From NCBI GenBank assembly GCA_965242525.1, contig OZ251459.1, forward strand, positions 928,001 through 992,000: 64,000 bases of DNA, written 5' to 3'. Below, one piece after another: positions 19,063-29,847 of this stretch (positions are counted from its first letter, which is position 1; each line of letters opens with the position of its first letter). The DNA is from an uncultured Candidatus Binatia bacterium (GTDB lineage Bacteria > Desulfobacterota > Binatia > UBA9968 > JAJDTQ01). Position numbers and translations under genes: made by a program. The notes below the pieces were generated by a model that worked only from the letters and a program-made list of their open reading frames with translations, had not been told where the DNA came from and did no database searches.

Positions 19063-21219
19063 ATGGAGGGTAAAGGAAAGCTGTCCATGAAACGTCCATC
19101 TTCGAAAGGGGGAGACGGACCACCCGAGTACCCCTCCCGGAATCTCCGGTCCGGACGCTTCCCTCTGCTGTTGCTGCTGCTCGCACTGTCCACGTTGTTC
19201 CTGTGCAACGTGGACAAGGGATACCTCTACCGTCCCGGCCTCCATGACCTCAACACCATAAGGAACCTGGCGATGGCCGAGAACCTGTCGCCCGACCACC
19301 GTTTCCGGTTGCTCCGGGGGTGGTACATGGGACCGGACAGCGCCCCTGCTTACGACATGTACAGCCGCTTTCCCATGGGCGGATACGTACTCATCAAGCT
19401 CGCCATCCTCCCCTTCGGAAACGACCTGTCCGCCAGTATCCTCGCCGCCCGAATCCTCATGTTGCTCCTGTTCAGCGCCGCAGCGGTCCTGGCCTTCCAC
19501 TCCCTCGTCCGCATCACCTCCCGCGGCTGGGTGGCGCTGGCCGCCACCCTCGCGGCGTTCTCCTCCTACTACATGCTGTTCTACGGCGACGCGGTTTGCG
19601 AGGAGGGCAGCGTGGACCTGTTCGCGGTCATGCTGGTCTTCCACGGCATGGTGGTGTTCGTGCAGGAGGGACGGTTCCGGCAGTTGCTGGCCAAGACCTT
19701 GGTTGCGCTGCTGCTGGGATGGCACGTGTACGCCTTCCTGCTGCCGTTCATCCTCCTGGGCCTGGGGAGCAAGGCTGTCCGTGCCTGGAAGGACGGAACC
19801 GCTGCGTGGCTGCGCTCTGCCGGGGCGGCGGTGCTGCGCAGCCGCTACACGGCCCTTGGCTTGGCCGCGCTGCTGTTCGGCGCTGCGGTCCTGGGCTTCA
19901 ACTTCGCCAACGAGTACACCGCGTTCGGAGGCGAGACCGCGGTGACCGAATTGCCGTCGTTCCGGTCCATGCTCAGGCAGACCGGACTGGACCGGGACTC
20001 CGCCTCCGTCGGATGGTGGCTGCACTTCCTGCGAGGGCAGTTCTATCGTGTCCGCGTGGCCTCGGTTCCCTTGGCGTTGACCGACTGGGGCGCCGGTTTG
20101 CGGGGGTGGTTCCCCTCGGTTCCCTATTCGGGGTCCGGCCTTTCGGGGCCGGAGTTGTCGCTTCACCTCCTGTTGTTGCTGCTGTCGGTGGCCGCCTCTG
20201 CGGTCGTGGTCCGGCTTGCGAGGCGGCTGTTGCCCCGGAGGCGCCGAATGCCGTTGGCCGTCCTTGGCCTGTCGGGGTTCTTCTGGGCCCTGCCCATGCG
20301 CTATAACGTCGCACCCCTCGGCCACGACCACGAGGCCCTGTACTACGTGGGCGTCCCGCTGGTGTTGTACTCACTGCTGCTGCTGTACGTCCACCAGCGC
20401 TGGGGGCATGGTCCGGTGGTCGGTCTCGCAGTTGCGGCGCTGCTCGCCTTCGTGGTCTCCGCGTTCCAGATGTACCAGCGGTGGATCCCTGACGCCCGGG
20501 CGGCCGAGGTCCAGCGCACCGCCATGTCCGAACTCGGGGCCATCCGCGAAACCACCCGGGGAAAGGTGGTCCTGGTCCTCGATTCCGTCGAGCCGGGACG
20601 GTCCACGCATGTCACACGGCCGCGCTACGCATGGAATTACTACCTCGCCGGAAGCATCCTGACATACGCCCGCGCCGTGGAAGCGGGCGCCCGCGCCGCG
20701 GACTTCATCGTCACCCCTGACCGGGTGGAGAGCGGCGCCCTGCTCACACCCGGGAACGAACGGGTGTTCCTGTATGGTTCCGCAGGTATCGACGACCTGG
20801 TGGAGTCGTACCGGGCCGTTTACCGGCAGGTGGTGTCCTCCGGGGCCCCCGTGGCGCGTTCCCACTTCGACGTCTATCTCGGTGACGACGCGCTGACCTT
20901 CGTCAGGGAGCCTTGCGTCCGGGAGGATGTGAGATACTGGATCGTCATGAGCGCGGTCCCGGAAGACCTGAAGGACCTGCCCGGATGGCGCCGCCTGCAA
21001 GTCGGCTCCGACCACCTCGTCTTCAAGTCCAGCAGGTTTCCCATGCTGTTCGAGGAGAAGTGCATGGCTGTCCTTCCACTCCCCGATTACCCCGTCTCCC
21101 GCATCAGGGCGGCACAGAAGCGACGCCCATCCCGCATCGAGGTGGGACAGGCCCTACACCGATCGCGTGACAAGTTATATCGACGGGGCTGGAACGTGGA
21201 GATACCGGCGGGCGGGTAG
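19063..21219 (+). CDS. GT-C-like membrane protein, array copy 5
   Basis: Intact 718 aa paralog. Confidence 0.75.
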   Translation: MEGKGKLSMKRPSSKGGDGPPEYPSRNLRSGRFPLLLLLLALSTLFLCNVDKGYLYRPGLHDLNTIRNLAMAENLSPDHRFRLLRGWYMGPDSAPAYDMYSRFPMGGYVLIKLAILPFGNDLSASILAARILMLLLFSAAAVLAFHSLVRITSRGWVALAATLAAFSSYYMLFYGDAVCEEGSVDLFAVMLVFHGMVVFVQEGRFRQLLAKTLVALLLGWHVYAFLLPFILLGLGSKAVRAWKDGTAAWLRSAGAAVLRSRYTALGLAALLFGAAVLGFNFANEYTAFGGETAVTELPSFRSMLRQTGLDRDSASVGWWLHFLRGQFYRVRVASVPLALTDWGAGLRGWFPSVPYSGSGLSGPELSLHLLLLLLSVAASAVVVRLARRLLPRRRRMPLAVLGLSGFFWALPMRYNVAPLGHDHEALYYVGVPLVLYSLLLLYVHQRWGHGPVVGLAVAALLAFVVSAFQMYQRWIPDARAAEVQRTAMSELGAIRETTRGKVVLVLDSVEPGRSTHVTRPRYAWNYYLAGSILTYARAVEAGARAADFIVTPDRVESGALLTPGNERVFLYGSAGIDDLVESYRAVYRQVVSSGAPVARSHFDVYLGDDALTFVREPCVREDVRYWIVMSAVPEDLKDLPGWRRLQVGSDHLVFKSSRFPMLFEEKCMAVLPLPDYPVSRIRAAQKRRPSRIEVGQALHRSRDKLYRRGWNVEIPAGG

Positions 21220-21242
21220 TCCCTGCCGGCCGGGGCCATCCC

Positions 21243-23393
21243 ATGGAGGGTAAAGGAAAGCTGTCCATGAAACGTCCATCCTCGAAAGGGGAGGACGGAC
21301 CACCCGTGTACCCCTCCCGGAATTTCCGGTCCGGACGCTTCCCTCTGCTGTTGCTGCTGCTCGCGCTGTCCACGGTGTTCCTGTGCAACGTGGACAAGGG
21401 ATACCTCCACCGTCGCAACCTCCATGACTTCAACACCATAAGGAACCTGGCGATGGCCGAGAACCTGTCGCCCGACCACCATTTCCGGTTGTTCCTCCAG
21501 CGGGTCGCGAGACCGGGTGGCGCCCCCACATACGACATGTATGGCCGCTTTCCCGTGGGCGGATACGTACTCATCAAGCTCGCCATCCTCCCTTTCGGAA
21601 ACGACCTGTCCGCCAGGATCCTCTCTGCCCGAATGCTCATGTTACTCCTGTTCAGCGCCGCAGCGGTCCTGGCCTTCCACTCCCTCGCCCGCATCACCTC
21701 CCGGGGTTGGGTGGCGCTGGCCGCTACCCTCATGGCGTTCTCTTCCTACTACATGCTGTTCTACGGCGACGCGGTTTCCGTGGAGGGCAGCGTGGACCTG
21801 TTCGCGGTCCTGCTGGCCTTCCACGGCATGGTGGTGTTCGTGCAGGAGGGACGGTTCCGGCAGTTGCTGGCCAAGACCTTGGTTGCGCTGCTGCTGGGGT
21901 GGCACGTGTACGCCTTCCTGCTGCCGTTCCTCCTCCTGGGCCTGGGGAGCGAGGCGGTCCGTGCCTGGAAGGACGGAACCGCGGTGTGGCTGCGTGTGTG
22001 CTCTACCGGGGCGGCGGTGCTGCGCAGCCGCTACACGGCCCTTGGCTTGGCTGCGCTGCTGTTCGGCTCGGCGGTCCTGGGCTTCAACTTCGCCAACGAG
22101 TACACCGCGTTCGGAGGCGAGACCGCGGTGACCGAACTGCCGTCGTTCCGGTCCATGCTCAGGCGCACCGGACTGGACCGGGACTCCGCCTCCGCGGGAT
22201 GGTGGCTGCACTTCCTGCGAGGGCAGTTCTCTCGTGTCCGCATGGCGTCGGTTCCCCTGGCGCTGACCGACTGGGGCGCCGGTTTGCGGGGGTGGTTCCC
22301 CTCGGTTCCCTATTCGGGGTCCGGCCTTTCGGGGCCGGAGTTGTCGCTTTACCTCCTGTTGTTGCTGCTGTCGGTGGCCGCAGCCGCGGTCGTGGTCCGG
22401 CTTGCGAGGCGGCTGTTGCCCCGGAGGCGCCGAATGCCGTTGGCCGTCCTTGGTCTGTCAGGGTTCTTCTGGGCCCTGCCCATGCGCCATAACGTTGCGG
22501 ACTTCGCCCACGACCATGAGGCGGTGTACTACGTGGGGGTCCCGCTGGTGTTGTACTCACTGCTCCTGTTGTACGTCCACAAGCGCTGGGGGCATGGTCC
22601 GGTGGTCGGCTTCGCAGTTGCGGCGCTGCTCGCCTTCGTGGTCTCCGCCTTCCAGATGTACCAGCGATGGATCCCTGACGCCCGGGCGGCGGAGGTCCAG
22701 CGCACCGTCATGTCCGAACTCGGGGCCATCCGCGAAACCACCCGGGGGAAGGTGGTCCTGGTCCTCGAGTCCGTCGAACCGGGATGGTCCCGGCAACTCA
22801 CGCACCCGCGCCACGCATGGAGACATCTCGCCGGAAGCGTCCTGACATACTCCCGTGACGTGGAAGCGGGCGCCCGAGCCGCGGACTTCATCGTCACCCC
22901 TGACCGCGTGGAGAGCGGCGCCCTGCTCACCCCCGGGAACGAACGGGTGTTCCTGTATGGTCCCGCAGGTATCGACGACCTGGTGGAGTCGTACCGGGCC
23001 GCTTACCGGCAGGTGGTGTCCTCCGGGGACCCTGTGGCGCGCTCCCACTTCGACGTCTATCTCGGTGACGAAGCGCTGGCCTTCGTCAGGGAGCCTTGCG
23101 TCCGGGAAGATGTGAGATACTGGATCGTCATGAGCGCGGTTCCGGAAGACCTGAAGGACCTGCCCGGATGGCGCCGCCTGCAATACGGCTCCGACCACCT
23201 CGTCTTCCACTCCACCAGGGCGCCCATGCTGTTCGAAGAGAAGTGTATGGCTGTGTTTCCGCTCCCCGATTACCCCGTCTCCCGCATCGAGGCGAGACAG
23301 AAGCTGCCCCCATCCCGTGACAGTTCCCGTCGACGCGGCTGGAACGTGGAGATACGGGCGCCCCGGTGGCCGGGGCCATCCCATGGAGGGTAA
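21243..23393 (+). CDS. GT-C-like membrane protein, array copy 6
   Basis: Intact 716 aa paralog. Confidence 0.75.
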   Translation: MEGKGKLSMKRPSSKGEDGPPVYPSRNFRSGRFPLLLLLLALSTVFLCNVDKGYLHRRNLHDFNTIRNLAMAENLSPDHHFRLFLQRVARPGGAPTYDMYGRFPVGGYVLIKLAILPFGNDLSARILSARMLMLLLFSAAAVLAFHSLARITSRGWVALAATLMAFSSYYMLFYGDAVSVEGSVDLFAVLLAFHGMVVFVQEGRFRQLLAKTLVALLLGWHVYAFLLPFLLLGLGSEAVRAWKDGTAVWLRVCSTGAAVLRSRYTALGLAALLFGSAVLGFNFANEYTAFGGETAVTELPSFRSMLRRTGLDRDSASAGWWLHFLRGQFSRVRMASVPLALTDWGAGLRGWFPSVPYSGSGLSGPELSLYLLLLLLSVAAAAVVVRLARRLLPRRRRMPLAVLGLSGFFWALPMRHNVADFAHDHEAVYYVGVPLVLYSLLLLYVHKRWGHGPVVGFAVAALLAFVVSAFQMYQRWIPDARAAEVQRTVMSELGAIRETTRGKVVLVLESVEPGWSRQLTHPRHAWRHLAGSVLTYSRDVEAGARAADFIVTPDRVESGALLTPGNERVFLYGPAGIDDLVESYRAAYRQVVSSGDPVARSHFDVYLGDEALAFVREPCVREDVRYWIVMSAVPEDLKDLPGWRRLQYGSDHLVFHSTRAPMLFEEKCMAVFPLPDYPVSRIEARQKLPPSRDSSRRRGWNVEIRAPRWPGPSHGG

Positions 23394-25533
23394 AGGAAAG
23401 TTGTCCATGAAACGTCAATCTTCGGAAGGGGGAGACGGACCACCCGAGTACCCCTCCCGGAATTTCCGGTCCGGACGCTTCCCCCTGTTGTTGCTGCTGC
23501 TCGCGCTGTCCACGTTGTTCCTGTGCAACGTGGACAAGGGATACCTCTACCGTCCCAACCTCACTGACTTCGACACCAACCTCCATGACTTCAACACCCT
23601 GGTGAACGTGGCGGTAGCCGAGAACCTGTCGGCCGACCACAATTTCCGGTTGTTCCGCTGGCTGCGCCCGGGACCGGGCGGCGCCCCCACATACTTTATG
23701 TACAGCCGCTTTCCCGTGGGCGGATACGTACTCATCAAGCTCGCCATCCTCCCTTTCGGAAACGACCTGTCCGCCAGGATCCTCGCCGCCCGAATGCTCA
23801 TGTTGCTGTTGTTCAGCGCCGCCGCGGTCCTGGCCTTCCACTCCCTCGCCCGCATCACTTCCCGGGGCTGGGTGGCGCTGGCCGCCACCCTCGCGGCGTT
23901 CTCCTCCTACTACATGCTGTTCTACGGCGACGCGGTTTGCGTGGAGTACAGCGTGGACCTGTTCGCGGTCCTGCTGGCCTTCCACGGCATGGTGGTGTTC
24001 GCGCAGGAGGGACGTTTCCGGCAGTTGCTGGCCAAGACCTTCGTTGCGCTGCTGCTGGGATGGCACGTGTACGCCTTCCTGCTGCCGTTCATCCTCCTGG
24101 GCCTGGGGAGCAAGGCTGTCCGTGCCTGGAAGGACGGAACCGCGGTGTGGCTGCGTGTGCGCTCGGCCGGGGCCGCGGTGCTGCGCAGCCGCTACACGGC
24201 CCTTGGCCTGGCTGCGCTGCTGTTCGGCGCGGCGGTCCTGGGCTTCAACTTCGCCAACGAGTACGCTGCGTTCGGGGGAGAGACCGCGGTGACGGAACTG
24301 CCGTCGTTCCAGACCATGCTCATGCGCACCGGACTGGGCCAGGACGCGGCCTCCGTCGGATGGTGGCTGCACTTCCTGCGAGGACAGTTCACTCGTGTCC
24401 GCGTGGCGTCGGTTCCCCTGGCGCTTGCCGACCGGGGCGCCGGTTTGCGGGGATGGTTCCCCTCGGTTCCCTATTCGGGGTCCGGCTTTTCGGGGCCGGA
24501 GTTGTCGCTCTACCTCCTGTTGTTGCTGCTGGCGGTGGCCGCCTCCGCGGTCGTGGTCCGGCTTGCGAGGTCGCTGTTGCCTCGGCGACACCAAATGCCG
24601 TTCGTCGCCCTTGGCCTGTCGGGGTTCTTCTGGGCCCTGCCCATGCGCCATAACGTTGGCCCCACCATCCACGACCATGAGGCGGTGTACTACGTGGGCG
24701 TGCCGCTGGTGTTGTACTCACTGCTCCTGCTGTACGTCCACAAGCGCTGGGGGCATGGTCCGGTGGTCGGCTTCGCAGTTGCGGCGCTGCTCGTCTTCGT
24801 GGTCTCCGCCTTCCAGATGTACCAGCGCTGGCGCCCTGACCCCCGGGTGGCGGAGGTCCAGCGAACCGTCATGTCCGAACTCGGAGCCATCCGCGAAACC
24901 ACCCGGGGAAAGGTGGTCATGGTCCTCGATTCCGTCGATCCCGGACGGTCCGCGCAGGTCTCACGGCCGCGCTACTCATGGAATTACTACCTCGCCGGAA
25001 GCATCCCGACATACGCCCGCGACGTGGAAGCGGGCGCCCGCGCCGCGGACTTCATCGTCACCCCTGACCGGGTGGAGAGCGGCGCCCTGCTCACTCCCGG
25101 GAACGAACGGATGTTCCTGTATGGTCCCGCAGGTATCGACGACCTGGTGGAGTGGTACCGGGCCGTTTACCGGCAGGTGGTGTCCTCCGGGGACCCTGTG
25201 GCGCGTTCCCACTTCGACGTCTATCTCGGTGACGAAGCGCTGACCTTCGTCAGGGAGCCTTGCGTCCGGGAGGATGTGAACCCCGAGATCCTCTTGAGGG
25301 CGGTCCCGGAAGACCTGGAGGACCTGCCCGGATGGCTCCGCATGCAATACGGCTCCGGCCACCTCGTCTTCCAGTCCCGCAGGTTTCCCATGCTGTTCGA
25401 GGAGAAGTGTATGGCTGTCCTTCCACTCCCCGATTACCCCGTCTCCCGCATCGAGGCGAGACAGAAGCTACCCCCATCCCGTGACAGTTCCCATCGACGC
25501 GGCTGGAACGTGGAGATACCGGCCAGCCGGTAG
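23383..25533 (+). CDS. GT-C-like membrane protein, array copy 7
   Basis: Intact paralog from MEGKGK at 23383; carries a 7-aa internal duplication. Confidence 0.75.
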   Translation: MEGKGKLSMKRQSSEGGDGPPEYPSRNFRSGRFPLLLLLLALSTLFLCNVDKGYLYRPNLTDFDTNLHDFNTLVNVAVAENLSADHNFRLFRWLRPGPGGAPTYFMYSRFPVGGYVLIKLAILPFGNDLSARILAARMLMLLLFSAAAVLAFHSLARITSRGWVALAATLAAFSSYYMLFYGDAVCVEYSVDLFAVLLAFHGMVVFAQEGRFRQLLAKTFVALLLGWHVYAFLLPFILLGLGSKAVRAWKDGTAVWLRVRSAGAAVLRSRYTALGLAALLFGAAVLGFNFANEYAAFGGETAVTELPSFQTMLMRTGLGQDAASVGWWLHFLRGQFTRVRVASVPLALADRGAGLRGWFPSVPYSGSGFSGPELSLYLLLLLLAVAASAVVVRLARSLLPRRHQMPFVALGLSGFFWALPMRHNVGPTIHDHEAVYYVGVPLVLYSLLLLYVHKRWGHGPVVGFAVAALLVFVVSAFQMYQRWRPDPRVAEVQRTVMSELGAIRETTRGKVVMVLDSVDPGRSAQVSRPRYSWNYYLAGSIPTYARDVEAGARAADFIVTPDRVESGALLTPGNERMFLYGPAGIDDLVEWYRAVYRQVVSSGDPVARSHFDVYLGDEALTFVREPCVREDVNPEILLRAVPEDLEDLPGWLRMQYGSGHLVFQSRRFPMLFEEKCMAVLPLPDYPVSRIEARQKLPPSRDSSHRRGWNVEIPASR

Positions 25534-25556
25534 TCCCCGCCGGCCAGAGCCATCCC

Positions 25557-27668
25557 ATGGAGGGTAAAGGAAAGTTGTCCATGAAACGTCGATCTTCGGA
25601 AGGAGGGGACAGACCACCCGAGTACCCCTCGCGGAATTTCCGGTCCGGAGGCTTCCCCCTGCTGTTGCTGCTGCTCGCGCTGTCCACGTTGTTCCTGTGC
25701 AACCTGGACAAGGGATACCTCTACCGTCCCAACCTCCATGACTTCAACACCGTAAGGAACCTGACGCTGGCCGAGAACCTGTCGCCCGACCACAATTTCC
25801 GGTTGTTCCTCCACGGATTCAGAGGATCGGGCGACGCCTCTACGTACTATATGTACAGCCGCTTTCCCGTGGGTGGATACGTATTCATCAAGCTCGCCAT
25901 CCTCCCCTTCGGAAACGACTTGTCCGCCAGTATCCTCGCGGCCCGAATGCTCATGTTGCTCCTGTTCAGCGCCGCAGCAGTCCTGGCGTTCCACTCCCTC
26001 GCCCGCCTCACTTCCCGGGGCTGGGTCGCCCTGGCCGCCACCCTCGCGGCGTTCTCCTCCTACTACATGCTGTTCCACGGCGACTCGGTCTCCGTGGAGG
26101 TCAGCGTGGACCTGTTCGCGGTCCTGCTGGCCTTCCACGGCATGGTGGTGTTCGTGCAGGAGGGACGGTTCCGGCAGTTGCTGGTCAAGACCTTGGTTGC
26201 GCTGCTGCTGGGGTGGCACGTGTACGCCTTCCTGTCGCCGTTCATCCTCCTGGGCCTGGGGAGCGAGGCAGTCCGTGCCTGGAAGGACGGGACCGCGCTG
26301 TGGCCTCGTGTGCGCTCGGTGGGGGCGGCGGTGCTGCGCAGCCGCTACACGGCCCTTGGCCTGGCTGCGCTGCTGTTCGGCGCGGCGGTCCTGGGCTTCA
26401 ACTTCGCCAACGAGTACGCCGCGTTCGGAGGAGAGACCGCGGTGACGGAACTGCCGTTGTTCGACTCCATGCTCAGGCGCACCGGACTGGGCCAGGACTC
26501 CGCCTCCGCCGGATGGTGGCTGCACTTCCTGCGAGGGCAGTTCTCTCGTGTCCGCATGGCGTCGGTTCCCCTGGTGCTGGCCCACTGGGGCGCCGGTTTG
26601 CGGGAGTGGTTCCCTTCGGTTCCCTATTCGGAGTCCGGCTTTTCGGGGCCGGAGTTGTCGCTTTACCTCCTGCTGCTGCTGGCGGTGGCCGCAGCCGCGG
26701 TCGTGGTCCGTCTCGCGGGGCGGCTGTTACCCCGGCGGCGCCAAGTGCTGTTCACCGTTCTTGGCCTGTCGGGGTTCTTCTGGGCCCTGCCCATGCGCCA
26801 TAACGTCGTAGACTTCGCCCACGACCATGAGGCGGTGTACTACGTGGGCGTGCCACTGGTGTTGTATTCACTGTTCCTGTTGTACGTCCACAAGCGCTGG
26901 GGGCATGGTCCGGTGGTCGGCTTCGCAGTTGCGGCGCTGCTCGCCTTCGTGGTCTCCGCCTTCCAGATGTACCAGCGCTGGGTCCCTGACGCCCGGGCGG
27001 CCGAGGTCCAGCGCACCGCCATGTCCGAACTTGGGGCCATCCGCGAAACCACCCGGGGAAAGGTGGTCCTGGTGATCGAGTCCGTCGAGCCGGGACGGTC
27101 CGCGCAGGTCTCACAGCCGCGCTACGCATGGAGTTACTACCTCGCCGGAAGCATCCCGACATACGCCCGCGACGTGGAAGCGGACGCCCGCGCGGCGGAC
27201 TTCATCGTCGCCCATGACCGGGTGGAGAGCGGCGCCCTGCTCACCCCCGGGAACGAATGGGTGTTCCTGTATGGTTCCGCAGGTATCGACGACCTGGTGG
27301 AGTCGTACCGGGCGGCTTACCGGCGGGTGGTGTCCTCCGGGGACCCTGTGGCGCGCTCCCACTTCGACGTCTATCTCGGTGACGAAGCGCTGACCTTCGT
27401 CAGGGGGCCTTGCGTCCGGGAGGATGTGAACCGCAAGATCTTCCTGAGGGCGGTCCCGGAAGACCTGAAGGACCTGCCCGGATGGAGCCGCCTGCAATAC
27501 GGCTCCGACCACCACATCTTCCAGTCCATCAGGGTGCCCATGCTGTTCGAGGAGAAGTGTATGGCTGTCCTTCCACTCCCCGATTACCCCGTCTCCCGCA
27601 TCAGGGCGGCACAGAAGCGACACCCTTCCCATGACGGCTGGAACGTGGAGATACGGGCGAGCCGGTAG
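25557..27668 (+). CDS. GT-C-like membrane protein, array copy 8
   Basis: Intact 703 aa paralog. Confidence 0.75.
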   Translation: MEGKGKLSMKRRSSEGGDRPPEYPSRNFRSGGFPLLLLLLALSTLFLCNLDKGYLYRPNLHDFNTVRNLTLAENLSPDHNFRLFLHGFRGSGDASTYYMYSRFPVGGYVFIKLAILPFGNDLSASILAARMLMLLLFSAAAVLAFHSLARLTSRGWVALAATLAAFSSYYMLFHGDSVSVEVSVDLFAVLLAFHGMVVFVQEGRFRQLLVKTLVALLLGWHVYAFLSPFILLGLGSEAVRAWKDGTALWPRVRSVGAAVLRSRYTALGLAALLFGAAVLGFNFANEYAAFGGETAVTELPLFDSMLRRTGLGQDSASAGWWLHFLRGQFSRVRMASVPLVLAHWGAGLREWFPSVPYSESGFSGPELSLYLLLLLAVAAAAVVVRLAGRLLPRRRQVLFTVLGLSGFFWALPMRHNVVDFAHDHEAVYYVGVPLVLYSLFLLYVHKRWGHGPVVGFAVAALLAFVVSAFQMYQRWVPDARAAEVQRTAMSELGAIRETTRGKVVLVIESVEPGRSAQVSQPRYAWSYYLAGSIPTYARDVEADARAADFIVAHDRVESGALLTPGNEWVFLYGSAGIDDLVESYRAAYRRVVSSGDPVARSHFDVYLGDEALTFVRGPCVREDVNRKIFLRAVPEDLKDLPGWSRLQYGSDHHIFQSIRVPMLFEEKCMAVLPLPDYPVSRIRAAQKRHPSHDGWNVEIRASR

Positions 27669-27691
27669 TCCCTGCCGGCCGGGGCCATCCC

Positions 27692-29824
27692 ATGGAGGGT
27701 AAAGGAGAGAATCTGTCCATGAAACGTCCATCCTCGAAAGGTGGAGACGGACCACCCGTGTACCCATCCGGGAATTTCCGGTCCGGACGCTTCCCCCTGT
27801 TGTTGCTGCTGCTCGCGCTGTCCACGTTGTTCCTGTGCAACGTGGACAAGGGATACCTCTACCGTCCCGGCCTGCATAACTGGAGTACCATAAAGAACTT
27901 GGCGCTGGCCGAGAACCTGTCGCCCGACCACCATTTCCGGTTGTTCCTCCAGCGGACCACGGGGCCGGACGGCGCCCCTGCATACGAGATGTACAGCCGC
28001 TTTCCCATGGGCGTATATGCACTCATCAAGCTCGCCATCCTTCCTTTCGGAAACGACCTCTCCGCCAGGATACTCTCTGCCCGAATGCTCATGTTGCTCC
28101 TGTTCAGCGGTGCTGCGCTCCTGGCCTTCCACTCCCTCGTCCGCATCACTTCCCGGGGCTGGGTCGCCCTGGCCGCCACCCTCATGGCGTTCTCCTCCTA
28201 CTACATGCTGCTCTACGGCGACGCGGTTTCCGTGGAGGTCAGCGTGGATCTGTTCGCGGTCCTGCTGGCCTTCCACGGCATGGTGGTGTTCGTGCAGGAG
28301 GGACGGTTCCGGCAGTTGCTGGCCAAGACCTTGGTTGCGCTGCTGCTGGGATGGCACGTGTACGCCTTCCTGTCGCCGTTCATCCTCCTGGGCCTGGGGA
28401 GCGAGGCAGTCCGTGCCTGGAAGGACGGGACCGCGCTGTGGCCTCGTGTGCGCTCGGTGGGGGTGGCGGTGCTGCGCAGCCGCTACACGGCCCTTGGCCT
28501 GGCTGCGCTGCTGTTCGGCGCGGCGGTCCTGGGCTTCAACTTCGCCAACGAGTACGCCGCGTTCGGAGGCGAGACCGCGGTGACCGAACTGCCGTCGTTC
28601 CAGTCCATGCTCAGGCGCACCGGACTGGACCGGGACTCCGCCTCCGCCGGATGGTGGATGGGTTTCCTGCGAGGGCAGTTCTATCGTGTCCGCATGGCGT
28701 CGGTTCCCCTGGCGCTGGCCGACTGGGGCGCCGGTTTGCGGGGGTGGTTCCCCTCGGTTCCCTATTCGGGGTCCGGCTTGTCGGGGCCGGAGTTGTCGCT
28801 TTACTTCCTGTTGTTGCTGGCGGCGGTGGCCGCAGCCGCGGTCGTGGTCCGGCTTGCGAGGCGGCTGTTGCCCCGGAGTCGCCGCATGCCGTTCGCCGCC
28901 CTTGGCCTGTCAGGTTTCTTCTGGGCCCTGCTCATGCGCAATAACGTCGTACACTTTAGCCACGACCATGAAGCGGTGTACTACGTGGGGGTCCCGCTGG
29001 TGTTGTACTCACTGCTCCTGCTGTACGTCCACCAGCGCTGGGGGCATCGTCCGGTGGTGGGGCTCGCATTTGCGGCGCTGCTCGCCTTCGTGGTCTCCGC
29101 CTTCCAGATGTACCAACGCTGGGTCCCTGACGCCCGGGCGGCCGAGGTCCAGCGAACCGCCATGGCAGAAATCGGGGCCATTCGCGAAACCACCCGGGGA
29201 AAGGTGATCCTGGTCATCGAGTCCGTCGAGCCGGGACGGTCCGCACAGGTCACGCAGCCGCGCCACGCATGGAATTACTACCTCGCCGGAAGCATCCTGA
29301 CATACTCCCGCGACGTGGAATCGGGCGCCCGCGCCGCGGACTTCATCGTCACCCGCGACCGGGTGGAGAGCGGCGCCCTGCTCACCCCGGGGAACGAACG
29401 GGTGTTCCTGTATGGTCCCGCAGGTATCGACGACCTGGTGGAGTCGTACCGAGCAGCTTACCGGCAGGCGGCGTCCTCCGGGGCCCCTGCGGCGCGTTCC
29501 CACTTCGACGTCTATCTCGGCGACGACGCGCTGACCTTCGTCAGGGAGCCCTGCATCCGGGAGGACGTGAGAAACGAGATCTTCCTGATGGCGGTTCCGG
29601 AAGACCTGAATGACCTGCCCGGATGGCGCCGCCTGCGATACGGCTCCGACCACCTCGTCTTCCATTCCACCAAGGCGCCCATGCTGTTCGATGAGAAGTG
29701 TATCGCTGTCCTTCCACTCCCCGACTACCCCGTCTCCCGCATCAGGGTGAGACAGAAGCGAGGCCCATCCCGTGACAGTTCGCATCGACACGGCTGGAAG
29801 GTAGAGATACCGGCGAGCCGGTAG
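27692..29824 (+). CDS. GT-C-like membrane protein, array copy 9
   Basis: Intact 710 aa paralog. Confidence 0.75.
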   Translation: MEGKGENLSMKRPSSKGGDGPPVYPSGNFRSGRFPLLLLLLALSTLFLCNVDKGYLYRPGLHNWSTIKNLALAENLSPDHHFRLFLQRTTGPDGAPAYEMYSRFPMGVYALIKLAILPFGNDLSARILSARMLMLLLFSGAALLAFHSLVRITSRGWVALAATLMAFSSYYMLLYGDAVSVEVSVDLFAVLLAFHGMVVFVQEGRFRQLLAKTLVALLLGWHVYAFLSPFILLGLGSEAVRAWKDGTALWPRVRSVGVAVLRSRYTALGLAALLFGAAVLGFNFANEYAAFGGETAVTELPSFQSMLRRTGLDRDSASAGWWMGFLRGQFYRVRMASVPLALADWGAGLRGWFPSVPYSGSGLSGPELSLYFLLLLAAVAAAAVVVRLARRLLPRSRRMPFAALGLSGFFWALLMRNNVVHFSHDHEAVYYVGVPLVLYSLLLLYVHQRWGHRPVVGLAFAALLAFVVSAFQMYQRWVPDARAAEVQRTAMAEIGAIRETTRGKVILVIESVEPGRSAQVTQPRHAWNYYLAGSILTYSRDVESGARAADFIVTRDRVESGALLTPGNERVFLYGPAGIDDLVESYRAAYRQAASSGAPAARSHFDVYLGDDALTFVREPCIREDVRNEIFLMAVPEDLNDLPGWRRLRYGSDHLVFHSTKAPMLFDEKCIAVLPLPDYPVSRIRVRQKRGPSRDSSHRHGWKVEIPASR

Positions 29825-29847
29825 TCCTTGTCGGCCAGGGCCGTCCC

